DNA of 64,000 nucleotides from Caecitellus pseudoparvulus (taxonomy: Eukaryota; Protista; Bigyra: Bicosoecida), in NCBI GenBank assembly GCA_965644315.1, contig CBFFRQ010000068.1:682001-746000 (forward strand). Direction: 5' to 3'. The notes beneath the pieces were generated by a model. That model did not search any database. It saw nothing but the letters and a program-made list of their open reading frames with translations, and was not told the origin of the DNA. The position numbers and the translations under genes were made by a program. Below, in pieces: positions 44,741 through 57,061 of the stretch; the first letter of the stretch is position 1, and each line of letters starts with the position of its first letter.

Positions 44741-47700
44741 TTACCCCAGGTGCGTGGCGGCATAGGCGTTCGCTGCGGCCAGGGCGGCCTCCGCAGTCGC
44801 ACCATCTGCGAGCTTGCCGTTGGCGCTGGCTGCGTCTGGCTTGCCTCGAGGCTTGCCCGCCCCCAGTGCCTCCGCAGCAGCCCCCGCCCACTCCACGGCA
44901 TTGAAGCCGGCGAAGGCCTCCATCTTAGCGGGGACGACAGTCACGACGCAGAAGTTGCCTGGCTTGCCGCCCACGCCGGGGTTCATCGTGAAGCCAAGGT
45001 ACGGCACCGCACCCTCAGTGACCTTGCCATAGCGCTTCTTGAAGTCCTTCTGCAGGCCCGTGGCGGCCTTGTTGTCAGCCTCGATGAGCGCAGACACCCA
45101 CTTGTCTCCGGCAGCCACGGCAGCATCAATAGCGGCAGTGCCGGCAGCGATGGTGGCCTTGCCTGCCTCGGCAGCAGCAGCCTTGTTACCAGCGGCCACC
45201 TTCTTGCCCAGCTCCGCATGCACGGCGCGCAGCTGCACCTTTCTCCAAGCAGGCATGGTGGTCTCGTCCACCTCCTTGCCCAGGCCCACCAGCTGCCCCT
45301 CCAGCTCCTGCCACGTCAGCGCCTTGGCTGCGCTGTACTTGTCAGCCATGCTCTCGCCGGCGTCCAGGGCGTCTGTGGCAGCATCCTTCGTCAAGGCGAT
45401 GATGCGGCGGATGCCCTTGGAGATGCTGCCCTCCTCGATGATGCAGAAGTCGCCTGCCCCTGCCGTGTTGCTGAGGTGGGTGCCGCCGCAGAACTCGATG
45501 GAGAAGTCGCTCCACGCGCTGTTGGAGGGGTCAGCCAGCATGGCTGGGATCTCCTGCCCGACGCTGATGACTCGGACGGGGTCGGGGTACGTCTCTCCAA
45601 ACACTGCGCGGAGGGAGTGGATGGCGCGCGCCTCCGCCAGGGAGCACAGCTGGGAATACACGGGCATGGCATCAGCCACTTGCCCGCGGACGATGTCCTC
45701 CACAGCCTGCAGCTGCTCGCCTGTCAGGGCGGCGCTGTGCGAGAAGTCAAAGCGCAGCTTGTCTGGCGCCACCTCTGAGCCCTTCTGGTCCACCTCGGGG
45801 CCCAACACCCGGCGCAAGGCGAAGTTCAGCACGTGGGTCATGGTGTGGTTGGGCGCCAGCAAGTCGCGGCGGTCGTAGTCCACGGCAGGCGTGACAGTGT
45901 CGCCGATCTTGACCTCGGCGCCCTCCGCGACGGTGCCGATGTGCAGCACGAAGCCCGCGAAGCTCTGCGCGTTGTTCACGTCCATGACGGACACGGCGAC
46001 CTCCACATCATCTGCGTCGGCATCGGCGTCCTCTGTGGGGGCCGCCACGGCTCCCGCAAGCAGGCGGCCCTGGTCGTACTTCTGCCCTCCGCTCTCAGCG
46101 TAGAAGGAGGTGGTGTCCAGCACCACCCCCACCGTGCCCATGGCCGCAGTAGCGGGCTCACCCGGTGCCAACAGGGTCTCCCCAGTCCAGATTGCCTTCA
46201 CGGTGGCAGTGGGCGCCGCGTGCCAGGTGTACTTGGCATCGTCGTCCGTCGGCGCGATGCCATCTGCAGCCAGGGCGGCAGTTTGCTCTGCCTCCAGCGT
46301 CAGGCGCTGGACGCCAGCCTTGTTGGCTGCTGCAGCAGAGCGGGCCTTTTGCTCCGCCATGGCAGCTTCAAAGCCGGGCGTGTCCACAGTCATGCCCACT
46401 TCCTCAGCCATGACCCCTGTCAAATCCACTGGGAAGCCCATGCTGTCGTACAGGAAGAAGGCATCCTCGCCGGAGATGACGGTGCCACCCTCTGCTGCGA
46501 CCCGTGCATGGATCTTCTTAAAGTGGTTGATGCCTGCCTTGAGGGTGCGAGAGAAAGACGCCTCCTCGTCTTGGATGACGGCCGTCACACGCCCCTGCGC
46601 CTTGCGCAGCTCAGGGAAGGCCTCCCCGAAGTGCTCCACAACGCACGGCACGAGGGCAGCGAAGAAGTGCGGGGGTGCGTTGAGCACCTCCTTGCCCACT
46701 CGCACAGCACGACGCAAGATGCGGCGCAGGACGTACCCTCGCCCTTCCTTGCTGGGGTTGGCGCCGTCAGTGATGGCAAAGGTCAGTGTCCGGATGTGGT
46801 CGGCGATGACGCGGTAGGCGGTGTCCACGCCGCCGACGTCTTCAGCACCCAACTTGCCCTCGTACGCGGGAGCGCCAGTGAGGCGCTGGATCTCGCCAAA
46901 GATCGGCATGAACACGTCCGTGTCGTAGTTGGAGTGCTTGCCCTGCAGAATGCTGGCCAGGCGCTCCAGGCCCATGCCCGTGTCAATGTGCCGTGCTGGC
47001 AGAGGCTTGAGGTCGCCCGACTCCTCCCGGAAGTACTGCATGAACACCAGGTTCCACACCTCAATGAGGGTCGGGTCGTCTGCGTTCACCAGCTCGGGCA
47101 CGCTGCCTCGGCCAAGGCGGTCGTAGTGCAGTTCGCTGCACGGTCCGCAGGGGCCGCTTGCGCCCATCTCCCAGAAGTTGTCCTGTGGGGCGCGAGCAGC
47201 ACACAGTTGTGCATGCGTGGCACTGCCGTGTGGAGCCCCCCACGCGGCCGCACGGAGGCGTGCCGGGCTGGCCAGCCGCCCCCGCCGAACCTCAGAACCA
47301 GAACGGCAGCACTCACCGCTTTCGAGCAGGCAATGACGCGCTCCTCGGGCAGGAACTTGAGCCACAGGTCCCGGGCCTCCGTGTCAGCAGGCACTTGGTC
47401 ATCCCCTTCAAAGTATGTCGCATACAGGCGGTCCTGCGCAGGGCGACGGGGGCAGTGCAGAACGGAGGGCAGGCTCGGCGGCGCGGAATTACTCACCGCC
47501 TCCAGCCCGTACACGTTTGTGAGCAGGTCCCAAGCCCAGGCAATGGCTTCTGCCTTGAAGTAGTCGCCGAAGGACCACGTACCCAGCATCTCAAAGAACG
47601 TGTGGTGGTACGTGTCCTTGCCGACATCCTCCAGGTCGTTGTGCTTGCCGCCAGCACGAATGCACTTCTGGGAGTTGGCAGCACGCTTCCACTCAGCCAT

Positions 47701-47961
47701 GGGGCTGGCGGGGTCCACCTGCCCCGTGAAGATGGGCTTGAACTGGTTCATGCCCGCATTGGCAAAGAGCAGGGTTGGGTCGTTGTGCGGCACGACAGGG
47801 GAGGACTTGACGTGCGTGTGCTCCTTGGCGATGAAGTAGTCCACAAACTGCTGGCGGACCTTGGAGACGGGCCACACGTCCACTCCGCGGGCGCCTGCGC
47901 CTGCGCCTGTGGCAGCCATGCTGGCGAAAGGGCGAATGAAGTGGGTGGCACGGCTCAACAT
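44741..47961 (-). CDS. AARS: Alanine--tRNA ligase with short N-terminal extension; introns 47434-47496 and 47183-47316
   Basis: [70 protein letters not shown] and EFCGGTH. Confidence 0.97.
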
Positions 47962-48242
47962 GGTCGGGCGCTGCACAGCAGGCCAAAGTGCTGGGGGTGT
48001 GCGGGGAGAGTGAAAAGTGCGCCAGCGGGTTGTGTGCTCGCCGCACCAGACAGGCGGCAGGCGCAGGGAAGAAGGCCAGGCACATCACAACCTCACCCAC
48101 GTGCTGTTGACCCTGGAAATGCACTGACCTGCACACACCACGGACTTGGGCACGAGACTTGCTCACGCCTGCGCTCGTGCAGCCCGCTGCAGCTCGAGAT
48201 CGAGGGGAGCGCTCAACCACGCCAAGCAGGGCTGCCGCCGCC

Positions 48243-51200
48243 ATGTCCTCACAGAAGCCGGTGGCCGTAGACGTCCCCGTGAAAGACCCCGAGAAACCAG
48301 ATGACCCTGCCCCTAAGCCCCCCGCTGAGGCTGGGGAGGACTCCGAAGAGACGCTGGTTGACATGGTGCGTGCCCGCGTCAGTTGGCTGACGTTTCGGTC
48401 TACACCTGAAACGCCAGGCGCCCCCCGGCCAGTCAGTGCTTGTCGCTGCCCCGACACATCCGCAAACACGCTCGCGTGTGCAGACTCAAGAGGATCGGGA
48501 GTTGAAGAGCCGCCTCGAGGCCGCAGTGGAGGCTGCCCTGTCTGGTGACGACGGGGAGCTGGAGGACGCGGTGGACACCCTGCGCAGTGAGATGCAAACT
48601 GCCACCAGCAGCATGACGTCCGTGCCCAAGCCCCTGAAGTTCCTGTCCCCCTTCTACGACAAGCTGAGGGAACTGCACGCTGGCCTGGATGACTTCAACC
48701 CCAACAAGGCCGCCCTGGCAGAGGTGCTGTCTGTGCTGGGCATGGTGAACGGCGCCGTCCGCCGCGATGCCCTGCGCTACTGCCTCTTGGCAGGCACGAC
48801 GGATGTGGGCGCGTGGGGGCATGACTACCTGCGGCACCTGGCCGGGGAAATCGGCGCAACCTTCGACGAGATGACGGCCGCCAACCCAGACGCTGACGTG
48901 TCGGACCTGATGGCCCTTGTGGACGCCATCGTCCCCTATAACATGGAGCATAACGCTGAGGCAGAGGCGGTGGACTTGCTGCTGGAGATGGGCTCCCTGG
49001 TGTCCTTGCCCACCTCTGGCTACATTGACGAGCACAACTACCAGCGTGTCTGCGCCTACCTGCTGCAGTGCGCTGACTACCTGGGCGACGCAGACGAGGT
49101 GTGGGAGGTGCTCGACGTCGCCTTCGTGCTGTACCTGGACCAGTCTGCATTCAACGACGCCCTGCGAGTTGCGCTGCGCCTGGGGGCGAACTCTGGGGCT
49201 GGCATGGTGGAGGGCGGCGAGGCGCTGGAGCGGAGGCAGGTGGTGGCTGAGGTCAAGTGCCGCATCGCGCAGGCCTTCCTCGCGTGCCCTGATGCAGGCA
49301 TGCGGGCGCAGATGGCCCTCACCCTGGCGGCGCACCGTGCTTCGTTTGACTTCTTTGAGGACTTGGCGTGTGCCTCCCACGAAGGGGGCGTGGAGGGCGC
49401 CGTGGCACACGACTGGCAGGAGGCAGCAGACGCCTTCGACGACGAAGAAGCAGAGAAGCTGCAAGGCCTCGCTGGCAACTCCCTGCTTGCAGAGATGTTC
49501 GGGGTGCTGGCGCGGGAGCTGGACGCCCGGGAGCCCAAGACCCCCGAGGACATCTACAAGAGCCACCTTGTGGAGGGCGGCGGCATGGGTGCCGCCGGCA
49601 ACGTGCAGTCTGCGCGCGGCAACCTGGCCTCCACGTACGTCAACGCCTTTGCCAACGCTGGCTTCGGCACGGACAAGCTCGTGACATCTGAAGATGCCTC
49701 CTGGCTGGGGCGCAACAAGGACGACGCCAAGCTCGCCGTCGCCGCCAGCGTCGGCCTCCTGCACGCCTGGAACGAGGACGAGCTGTCGGCAGCAGACAAG
49801 TACCTGCACGCTGCCGATGCTAATGTGCGTGCCGGCGGCTTGCTGGCTCTAGGGTGCATCGGCGCTGCCCTGGCCCCTGAAACCGACCCCGTCCTCGCAG
49901 TCGTCGGCGACTTTGTTGACGTCGCCGCCGAAGGCCGCCCAGCCGCTGACGACAAGCCCGTCACTCCCCGCATGAAGGCGGCAGGCATGCTGTCGCTGGG
50001 CATCGCATACGCTGGCAGTGGCCGCGAGGACGTCGCAGAGTTGCTGTACCCCTACCTGCGAGACAGCGAGAGGTCCATGGACTTGGCAGCCCACGCCGCC
50101 CTGGCGCTGGGCCTGGTTCTGGTCGGCACTGCGTCTGAAGAGGCGGCAGCTGCCGTCATTGACCGCCTCATGGTATCCTCTGCAGCAGAACTGCAGCATG
50201 CCCTGGCAAAGCACATGGTGTTGGGGCTTGGCTTGCTGTTCCTCGGGCAGGGCAGTGCCTTTGAGGCTTCGGCTGAGATGCTGCAGGCCCTTCCGCAAGT
50301 CGCGGCAGACGGGCAGTTTGCCGATGCAGAGGCCCAGCACCTCGCACGCAAGGCGCAACCTTCGACTGAAGACGCCGCTGATGCGTCTGCGACCAAAGAG
50401 GCGGAGGAGGAGGACCGCACCACCATGGTGGCAGTGGACACACCTGCCCACAACCTGGAACGCTTCGCGAGGGTGCTGCTGCGGGCGTGCGCACATGCAG
50501 GCACTGGGAACGTCCTGGAAACGCAGCACTTGCTGCACTTGGTAGCAGAGCATCCCGAGTCGGAAGCGGCAGCCGCAAAGGAGGCAGCGAAGGACACTGG
50601 AGAGGACGTTGATGCTGGGGAGAGCAAAACATCAGGAGCGGCTGCCGCTGGAGCCGGTGCAGCACGGGCCCCCGAAGCTGAGGACTCCACCGAGGAAGCA
50701 AGCGACACCTTCGCACCAACATACGCGTACCAAAGCGCAGCAGTCCTTGGCATTGCCCTTGTGGCCCTCGGCGAAGGCATCTCCGTCGACATGCTGACTC
50801 GCACAGCTGAACACCTCCTGCAGTATGGCGATGCAAGCGTCAAGCGTGGCGTGCCCCTGGCCCTTGCCCTGGCACATGCTAGTGACCCAGCCTTTGGCAT
50901 CGTCGACCTGCTCTCCAAGCTCTCGCACGACGGCGACGCCCTCGTCGCCCAGGGGGCGATCTTTGCGCTGGGCATCGTCGGGGCTGGAACCAATAACTCC
51001 CGCATCGCCGGACTGCTCCGGGCGCTGACTGCATTCTACAGCAAGGACGCGGACAAACTCTTCATGACTCGCATCGCCCAAGGGCTCGTGCACGCTGGGA
51101 AGGGCCTCGTCACCCTGGCACCCCTGCACTCAGACCGACTCCTTATGGCGCCAGCTTCTGTGGGCGCACTGATGGCAGCCTTGGTGGCCGCCATGGACCC

Positions 51201-51531
51201 CTCCGCCACGCTGCATGGGCAGTATCACTATCTGCTCTTTGCCCTCACGCCAGCCCTGCGCCCAAGGTCAGTCATCACTGTGGACACTGAGCTGAAGCCC
51301 GTCAAAGTGGACATCCGCGTCGGGCAAGCCGTAGAGACCGTGGGCCAAGCGGGCCGCCCCAAGCGCATCACAGGCTTCCAAACGCACACATCGCCCGTCC
51401 TCCTTGCAACTGGGGAACGCGCCGAACTAGCAGACACAGACGAGTGGGAGGCCCTCTCCAGCGTTCTGGAGGGAGTCATCATTCTCAGGAAGAAGCAGGC
51501 TTCGCCGCCTTCTGGGGCCGCCAGCTCCTAA
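48243..51531 (+). CDS. RPN1: 26S proteasome regulatory subunit RPN1/PSMD2; intron 48366-48483
   Basis: TSSMTSVPKPLKFL, WGHDYLRHLAGEI, HNAEAEAVDLLLE, PKTPEDIYKSHL, AGTNNSRIA and GQAGRPKRITGFQTHTSPVLL. Confidence 0.97.
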
Positions 51532-51911
51532 GTTCTGCATTAGATGGCCGTTCTATTCCTAGCAGGCGCCAACAATGCACCGTTTTTGCCATAGCAAGTT
51601 CTGGGTCGGCACCCTTGCAGAAGAGAGACCCCCTTCTGTGAAGACGAGCCTGACCTACGGTTCAACTGGGTGGCGACGGCGTGCATCTTGGCCTTGTCAA
51701 CAATGCATGCTGTCGATGCAGTCCACCCGATAAAAGCCGAAGAAAGCGCAAAGTGTGCTCACTCCACACCCTTGAAGCTGTCCCACGTGAAGTTTGGCGG
51801 TCCTTTTCCAACGACAGCGAAGATCATCGCGATTCAATGCAACTTGCCTGCACCATTCGTGACGCGAGTATGGGGCAAGCTTACGCGTGTCTGCACGATT
51901 GAAAAAAGACG

Positions 51912-54900
51912 CTATCGTGCAAGCTCTCCAATAAATGTTTGCAGCTCGGGGGAGTGACGGACCATTTGTTGCGGAAGCAGCATGAGCATGTACTCTCGCC
52001 GGAGAAGTTGAAGCTTTACCTGATCAACAGCCAGCCATCGCAGCAGCAAATACAGGCCGCTGACAATCAGTATGTTGACGCTGAATACTAGAGCGCTGCT
52101 GCTGGCGAGAGCAAGGACTGCTTTTTCTCCCTCTGCCTCGTGTGAGTGGAGCACCGCGTGTAGGCCTCCCTGGAGAAGCTCAGCCTTGATGCGCTGCATC
52201 TGAGCAAAGCTTGAGTCTGCCCAGAGGGCTGTTTGATTGAGTCCAAGGGTTGTACCATTCGGAGCAGAATAGCGGGCCAGCACCGAGTCTGCGTGGGAGA
52301 GAAAACTTCGAAGGGCAGCATGCACACCCAGAGTTGCCAACCCCTCGAGGGCACCGGAACTGTTTCCCTGCCGCATTGCTGGACGGTGGTATAGAATGCC
52401 TTCACGCGGTCGGTACCGCTTGGATGACCCTGGTAGGTTCAATGTGGCATCACCAAACCTCAAGCCATCATGAACTCTCCGGAGCTGCAAAGTAGCTCGC
52501 TCCAGATCATCGGCGAGCGCCTGGCGCGATCTATGGCCGACACCCCCGATCATCAGCTCCTGAGCCGCACTCAGTGTCTCTTGTGCAAGAGAGATGCAGT
52601 TTTCCGCTTGATTCAGCTCTGCAGATGTAGATCGCCCATGAGTAAATATTTTCAGGGTCACCAAGTAGCTGGCATGCTGCACTGAAACAAGAAGCCCAAG
52701 GCTGCAAAGTGACACGAATACCAAGCGCCTGGCAGAAGTGCCTTGAAGGAGCACAGACCCTTCACGCCAGCTGCAGCAGCAGTCTGGTCTCCTGCTATTC
52801 TTAGCTTCAAGCGCAAGCGCGTTTTGGTGTTGATCCGTTGGGCCGTCACACGGCTCGCCGCTTCCCGAACCCGAGGCAGTGCCGCACGTTGCTTGTTCGG
52901 GGGCCGGTACCACGCTCCGACAGTGTTTGCGGCGAATCCATGATGGAGGCAGCACCTGAGTTTTTCTTTGCCGAGGTGGTGGGGACTTTAGACCTCTACG
53001 TTGCAGTTGGCCGAAAGTGAGGGGCAGGCTATCGGCTCTCTGTTGGGCATCAAGCTCCCCAGCTGGAGCACAGCGAGGCGGCTGCTCGCTCACTTCGCTC
53101 AAAAGGGTCATGCCTTGATCACATGGACGGGCTTTCGTAGCTACTGGAGGTGAAGGCTGTTTGCTGCTCAGGACTGGCGCCTCTGCCACCACAGAAAGCC
53201 TTGGTGTAGCAACAACAACTTTTGATGAACAACCATTGACTGAAGGGGTTGGAGATCGCCCTGGTGCTTCAGATGGGCAAGAATGCTCAAAAGGGGCTTC
53301 TTCACCGCTGGGTTTGCTTTCTGGTGGCTGAGCTGCACTGCATGCTTCAGTAGGGCAGGAACTTGTCGGAGCGCGCAACGCACTGGACTTTGGTGAAGGC
53401 TTGTCGCAGGGCTCTTCTGGAATCTGAATGGGAGGAGGAAGGAAGGTCTCAGATTCAGCATCATCTGCTTGTAGTGGTGACCTACATCCATCTGTTTCAC
53501 AGAGCTCTGAACGGAGGCAGGGACTTGGGCGTGCCAGGCTCGCGCTGGTCGGCAACGTGACAGTGGTTTGCGGAGATTGCCTCTTGAAGGCAAAGCCAGA
53601 GGCAGTGGGGTCGGAGCCAGAGTGAACGGGAGGGAAATGATGAACGCGACCTGGGGGTATGGGGCCCTCGAAAGCTCTCGGTTCTGATTGAATACGCCTG
53701 GCTGTGAGGCCAGTAGAACGGAGTCCACGGGCTGGCTGCTCGGGTACAGGAGAAAAGCAATGCACCTCAACCCGTTGAAGCTGAGTGACCAACGCCTCAC
53801 CATCGTCCACTGAGCGGTGGCCGAGTCTGTGATACAAAGCTGTCACCCGCTTGTAGCGCTTGTGCAGTGCGATGACCGTTGGCATCTTGATGGCCATGAG
53901 CACAGCATCAACACTCTGGCGTGATGAGTGGACGAGAAGAATGATCGGATACAGCACCCACACTGCAACAAAGACCATGGCCATGAAAGACAGGGCAAGG
54001 ATACACCCTTCCACAACTCCAGTTTGCCAGGCGATCGCGCGATTGTGAGCTTCAAACATCCCTGCCGCACGGTCAAATTCAGTGTGCAGAGTGGTACGCG
54101 CATTCATGAAAATGAACCACCACGCTGGCTGTGAGTGGGCTGCCTTCAATTGCATCATTGTCATGCGGCTCACTTCGACACCGCTGGCAATCAGCGCGTG
54201 CCCCAGGTCCCACAAACCCAAGCTGCTGTTCTTCACTTGGCTTGTGCCTGGCAAGAGCTCCTGCACTGCTCTGTGCGGGCTTGCATAGAGCTGGTCAATG
54301 TCATCAAAGTGCTGGCCATTAAAGTACAAGTCAGTGTGGACATCAGACAGCTGTTGCATCTCTCTGAACATGGCAGCTTGCAGCAGTGCGAGAGTGGCAT
54401 TGTCGTCTGCGAGCGCCGCCAACTGCAGACCACGCGCGTGGTAGTAGCTTGCCCCAACCGCCTCACGGCATGCTCCGACTGCCTTCATGGTTGTCAGAGA
54501 AGACTGAAAAGTCATCCACTCAAAGTGAGACACCAGGAACATGGCGAGCGCGAGGCAAGCCAGGGTAACAGCAGAGAGGCGGAACCACCCCATGATGCGG
54601 TGTGCTTGCCCAAGTTCATGATGCTTGAACACCAACTGCTCCTTCGGGAACGGCGTTGCTTTTCCGCTCGCTCCGAAGGAGTGATCCTCCATTCCTTGAC
54701 TTCGGCGGGACATGTTTGTCAGTGTGCGAGTCACATGGGAACCACCACGAACACTTTGGCCATCTTCGGCCAGCTCTGCCATGTCCTCCACACGCTGACG
54801 CACCGCCACAGCCGCAGGGTAGTCGTTCACCACATGCTGCAGGAACAACGCGTAGTGACGCAGCAGCTGCTGGCTGGTGGGGAACTTCGACAGCGCCCGC

Positions 54901-57061
54901 TGGTACGCCTCTGTCGCAAGGCGCCGCTCACGGGCGAAAGCCGTCACCGTCTGCATCACGGCAGCGTGCAGGGAGCTGCGAGTGTGGGCAGCACTGCCCC
55001 CCCCGCCGCCCACACTCGCCGATGCGGCATCCACACCCTTCCCCGCCAGCTGCCCAAACAGCGTATTCAGCACACTCACAGCAGCATGGTGGTGCCGCTG
55101 TGCGTCAGCGTGGTACTTGCGGAACTGGATCATGGCCAGGGAGTCCACGGCATCTGTGCCCACGCTGTCACGCTGGCGGGCATGGTGCCAGTCCTGCAGC
55201 TTGCGGAACACCAGAAAGGACAGGTCCAGTGCTGCAGGAACGCGGGACGCCTCCCGCAGCACCTGCAACGCACGGAAGGGGTCCTGCCCGTGCTGTGTCA
55301 GGAAGCCCGCGAAGGCCAGCCGCAGGGGCACACAGGCCGTTCCAAACACCTCCCCAGACAGCGCTGCACAGTACAGCGCATCCACACGCTGCGCCACCCT
55401 GCGTGCCTGCCGGAAGGGCGCGGTACGTGAAATGCCCTGCAGCAACAGGCGTGCCATGACCTCCACGTCATCGGGGAAGAGCCAGTGGTCCAGGACGACG
55501 CCACGAAGGTACGCCACCTGGGGTGGCAGTTGATCATCTGTGAGGTGCACAAAGCTTCCGCAGCTCTGCAGCGCGGGCAGCCCGCCACTGCTCCCCGTGG
55601 CAGCTGCCGGGAAGCCCTGCGCCAGGCGCAGCAGCACTGCACGGCGCCACGCCACCCCCACGCCCGCCAGACACATGGGCACGAGGCTGCCCACAAGCAG
55701 TCCCACCGACATGTGCACAGCTGCATCGCCTGCCACAGCGCTGCTGTGCAGCACCACAGCACATCCCGACAAGTATGCAACTAATGTGTTCCTCATGGTT
55801 CGCACAACGTTTGTGCTGTTGGCATAGTACGGCAACTTCCACGCCACGCCACTTGCCATGCCGCCAAACACCAGCACCTGCACGATGCCCCGTGCTGGCA
55901 CGCTGTCCACAAACACCAGTAGTGCTGGCAGCAGCATGCGGGCCACTGCACCTGCCGCTTCCACCCGCCCCCATGGCTTGGCCACTGGATCCCCGCTGTC
56001 GGGGTCGTCATCGAAGTAAACTGCCTGGGTCACGACAGCAAAGGGCACCAGGAACACCAGACACACCAGGGACACCAAGGCATAGGCCAGGTACGGCACC
56101 TCCCAGCACCCGGACCCCGCCACGTCGCCGCCCAGGTACACCGCCAACTGGTCGCAGCGCAGCGTGATGAAGAGGACACGTGTGATGGGGATGAGGCCCG
56201 CCGTGACGATGAGCGCCACCAGTGTGCGCAGTGACTGCAGGGGCCACAGCAGGTCGTATCGCCCCATCCATGCCGCACGTGCGACGTAGGCCGCATTTGC
56301 TAGAGATCCCAAGATAAGAAGGGCGCAGAGGATGAAGCCGGCGTTGAACACGGCGGCGTCTTGGGTGGGGATGATGTACCTGGGTGGGCAGGGCGGGGAT
56401 CAGGGAGGGTGTCTATGGTGCGCACGAGGCAAGGAGGTGAGAAATGCGTTCGCACGTTGTGATGCTGAGGAATCGGGTCCAAGAGAAGGCGGTGTCTGGC
56501 CAGGCGTTGTTCGAGGAGAGCACCAGCTGCGCGAGGGTGTGCAAGGACCAGGTTGCTGATACACAGCCCAAAGCTGACGTTCCATTTACGCACGGCAATC
56601 TGCTGACAAAAGTCAATCGCCAGCAAAATGTGTCCGCAAATGCAAGCGGTGTGCTTTTCAGCGATGGTGTGCCTCTTGAGCTTGTCGGTCATGAGCTGCA
56701 GCACCTGCATAGCAAACAGAGGGTGACATGCATCAGGAAACAGCAGTCTAAATAACCTATGGTTGTGGCAGCATACTGCCTAAAGAACTCATTCTTCACA
56801 TCTGGGCGCCCACCTTGGCATAGCAAACCTGCCGGCCGAGCACTGCACCAAGCGGACGCTCACCTTGAAAATCGTGAACTCGACCTTGCCTATACCTTGC
56901 AGTTGTCCTTGATGAAGCGGCCCCATGTCATTGAAAACCTCACTAAGGGACGACTTCGAGTGGTCCTCACTGGCGCTGCTTGAGCCAACTGAGAGGAGTG
57001 AGCCCTGGTCCACCCCGCCTGTGCAGGCGAAACACGTCATGTGCCGCGGGAGTGCTGCCAT
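51912..57061 (-). CDS. TmcB/TmcC (tiny macrocysts)-like multi-pass membrane protein; three 5' introns in about 56380-56863; start uncertain
   Basis: Spliced N-terminus KVEFTIFK|VLQLM..IDFCQQIA|LV..W, a multi-TM block, a TPR-like segment (AYQRALSKFPTSQQLLRHYALFLQHVVND), two TM-flanked helical ectodomains and terminal MLMLLPQQMV. Confidence 0.7.

Noticed and set aside
47183-47316. 134-nt AlaRS intron, twice the usual size, as a possible micro-exon or nested intron
   Set aside because: Direct joining gives the conserved ..KADNFWEMG; the internal AG..GT candidate is out of frame.
45833-47563. 576-aa plus-strand ORF (also 44528-45778)
   Set aside because: Antisense shadows of AlaRS.
51670-51957. 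95-aa ORF in the RPN1/TmcB-like gap
   Set aside because: Non-ATG start as listed, overlaps the convergent gene end, and has no motifs; unsupported.
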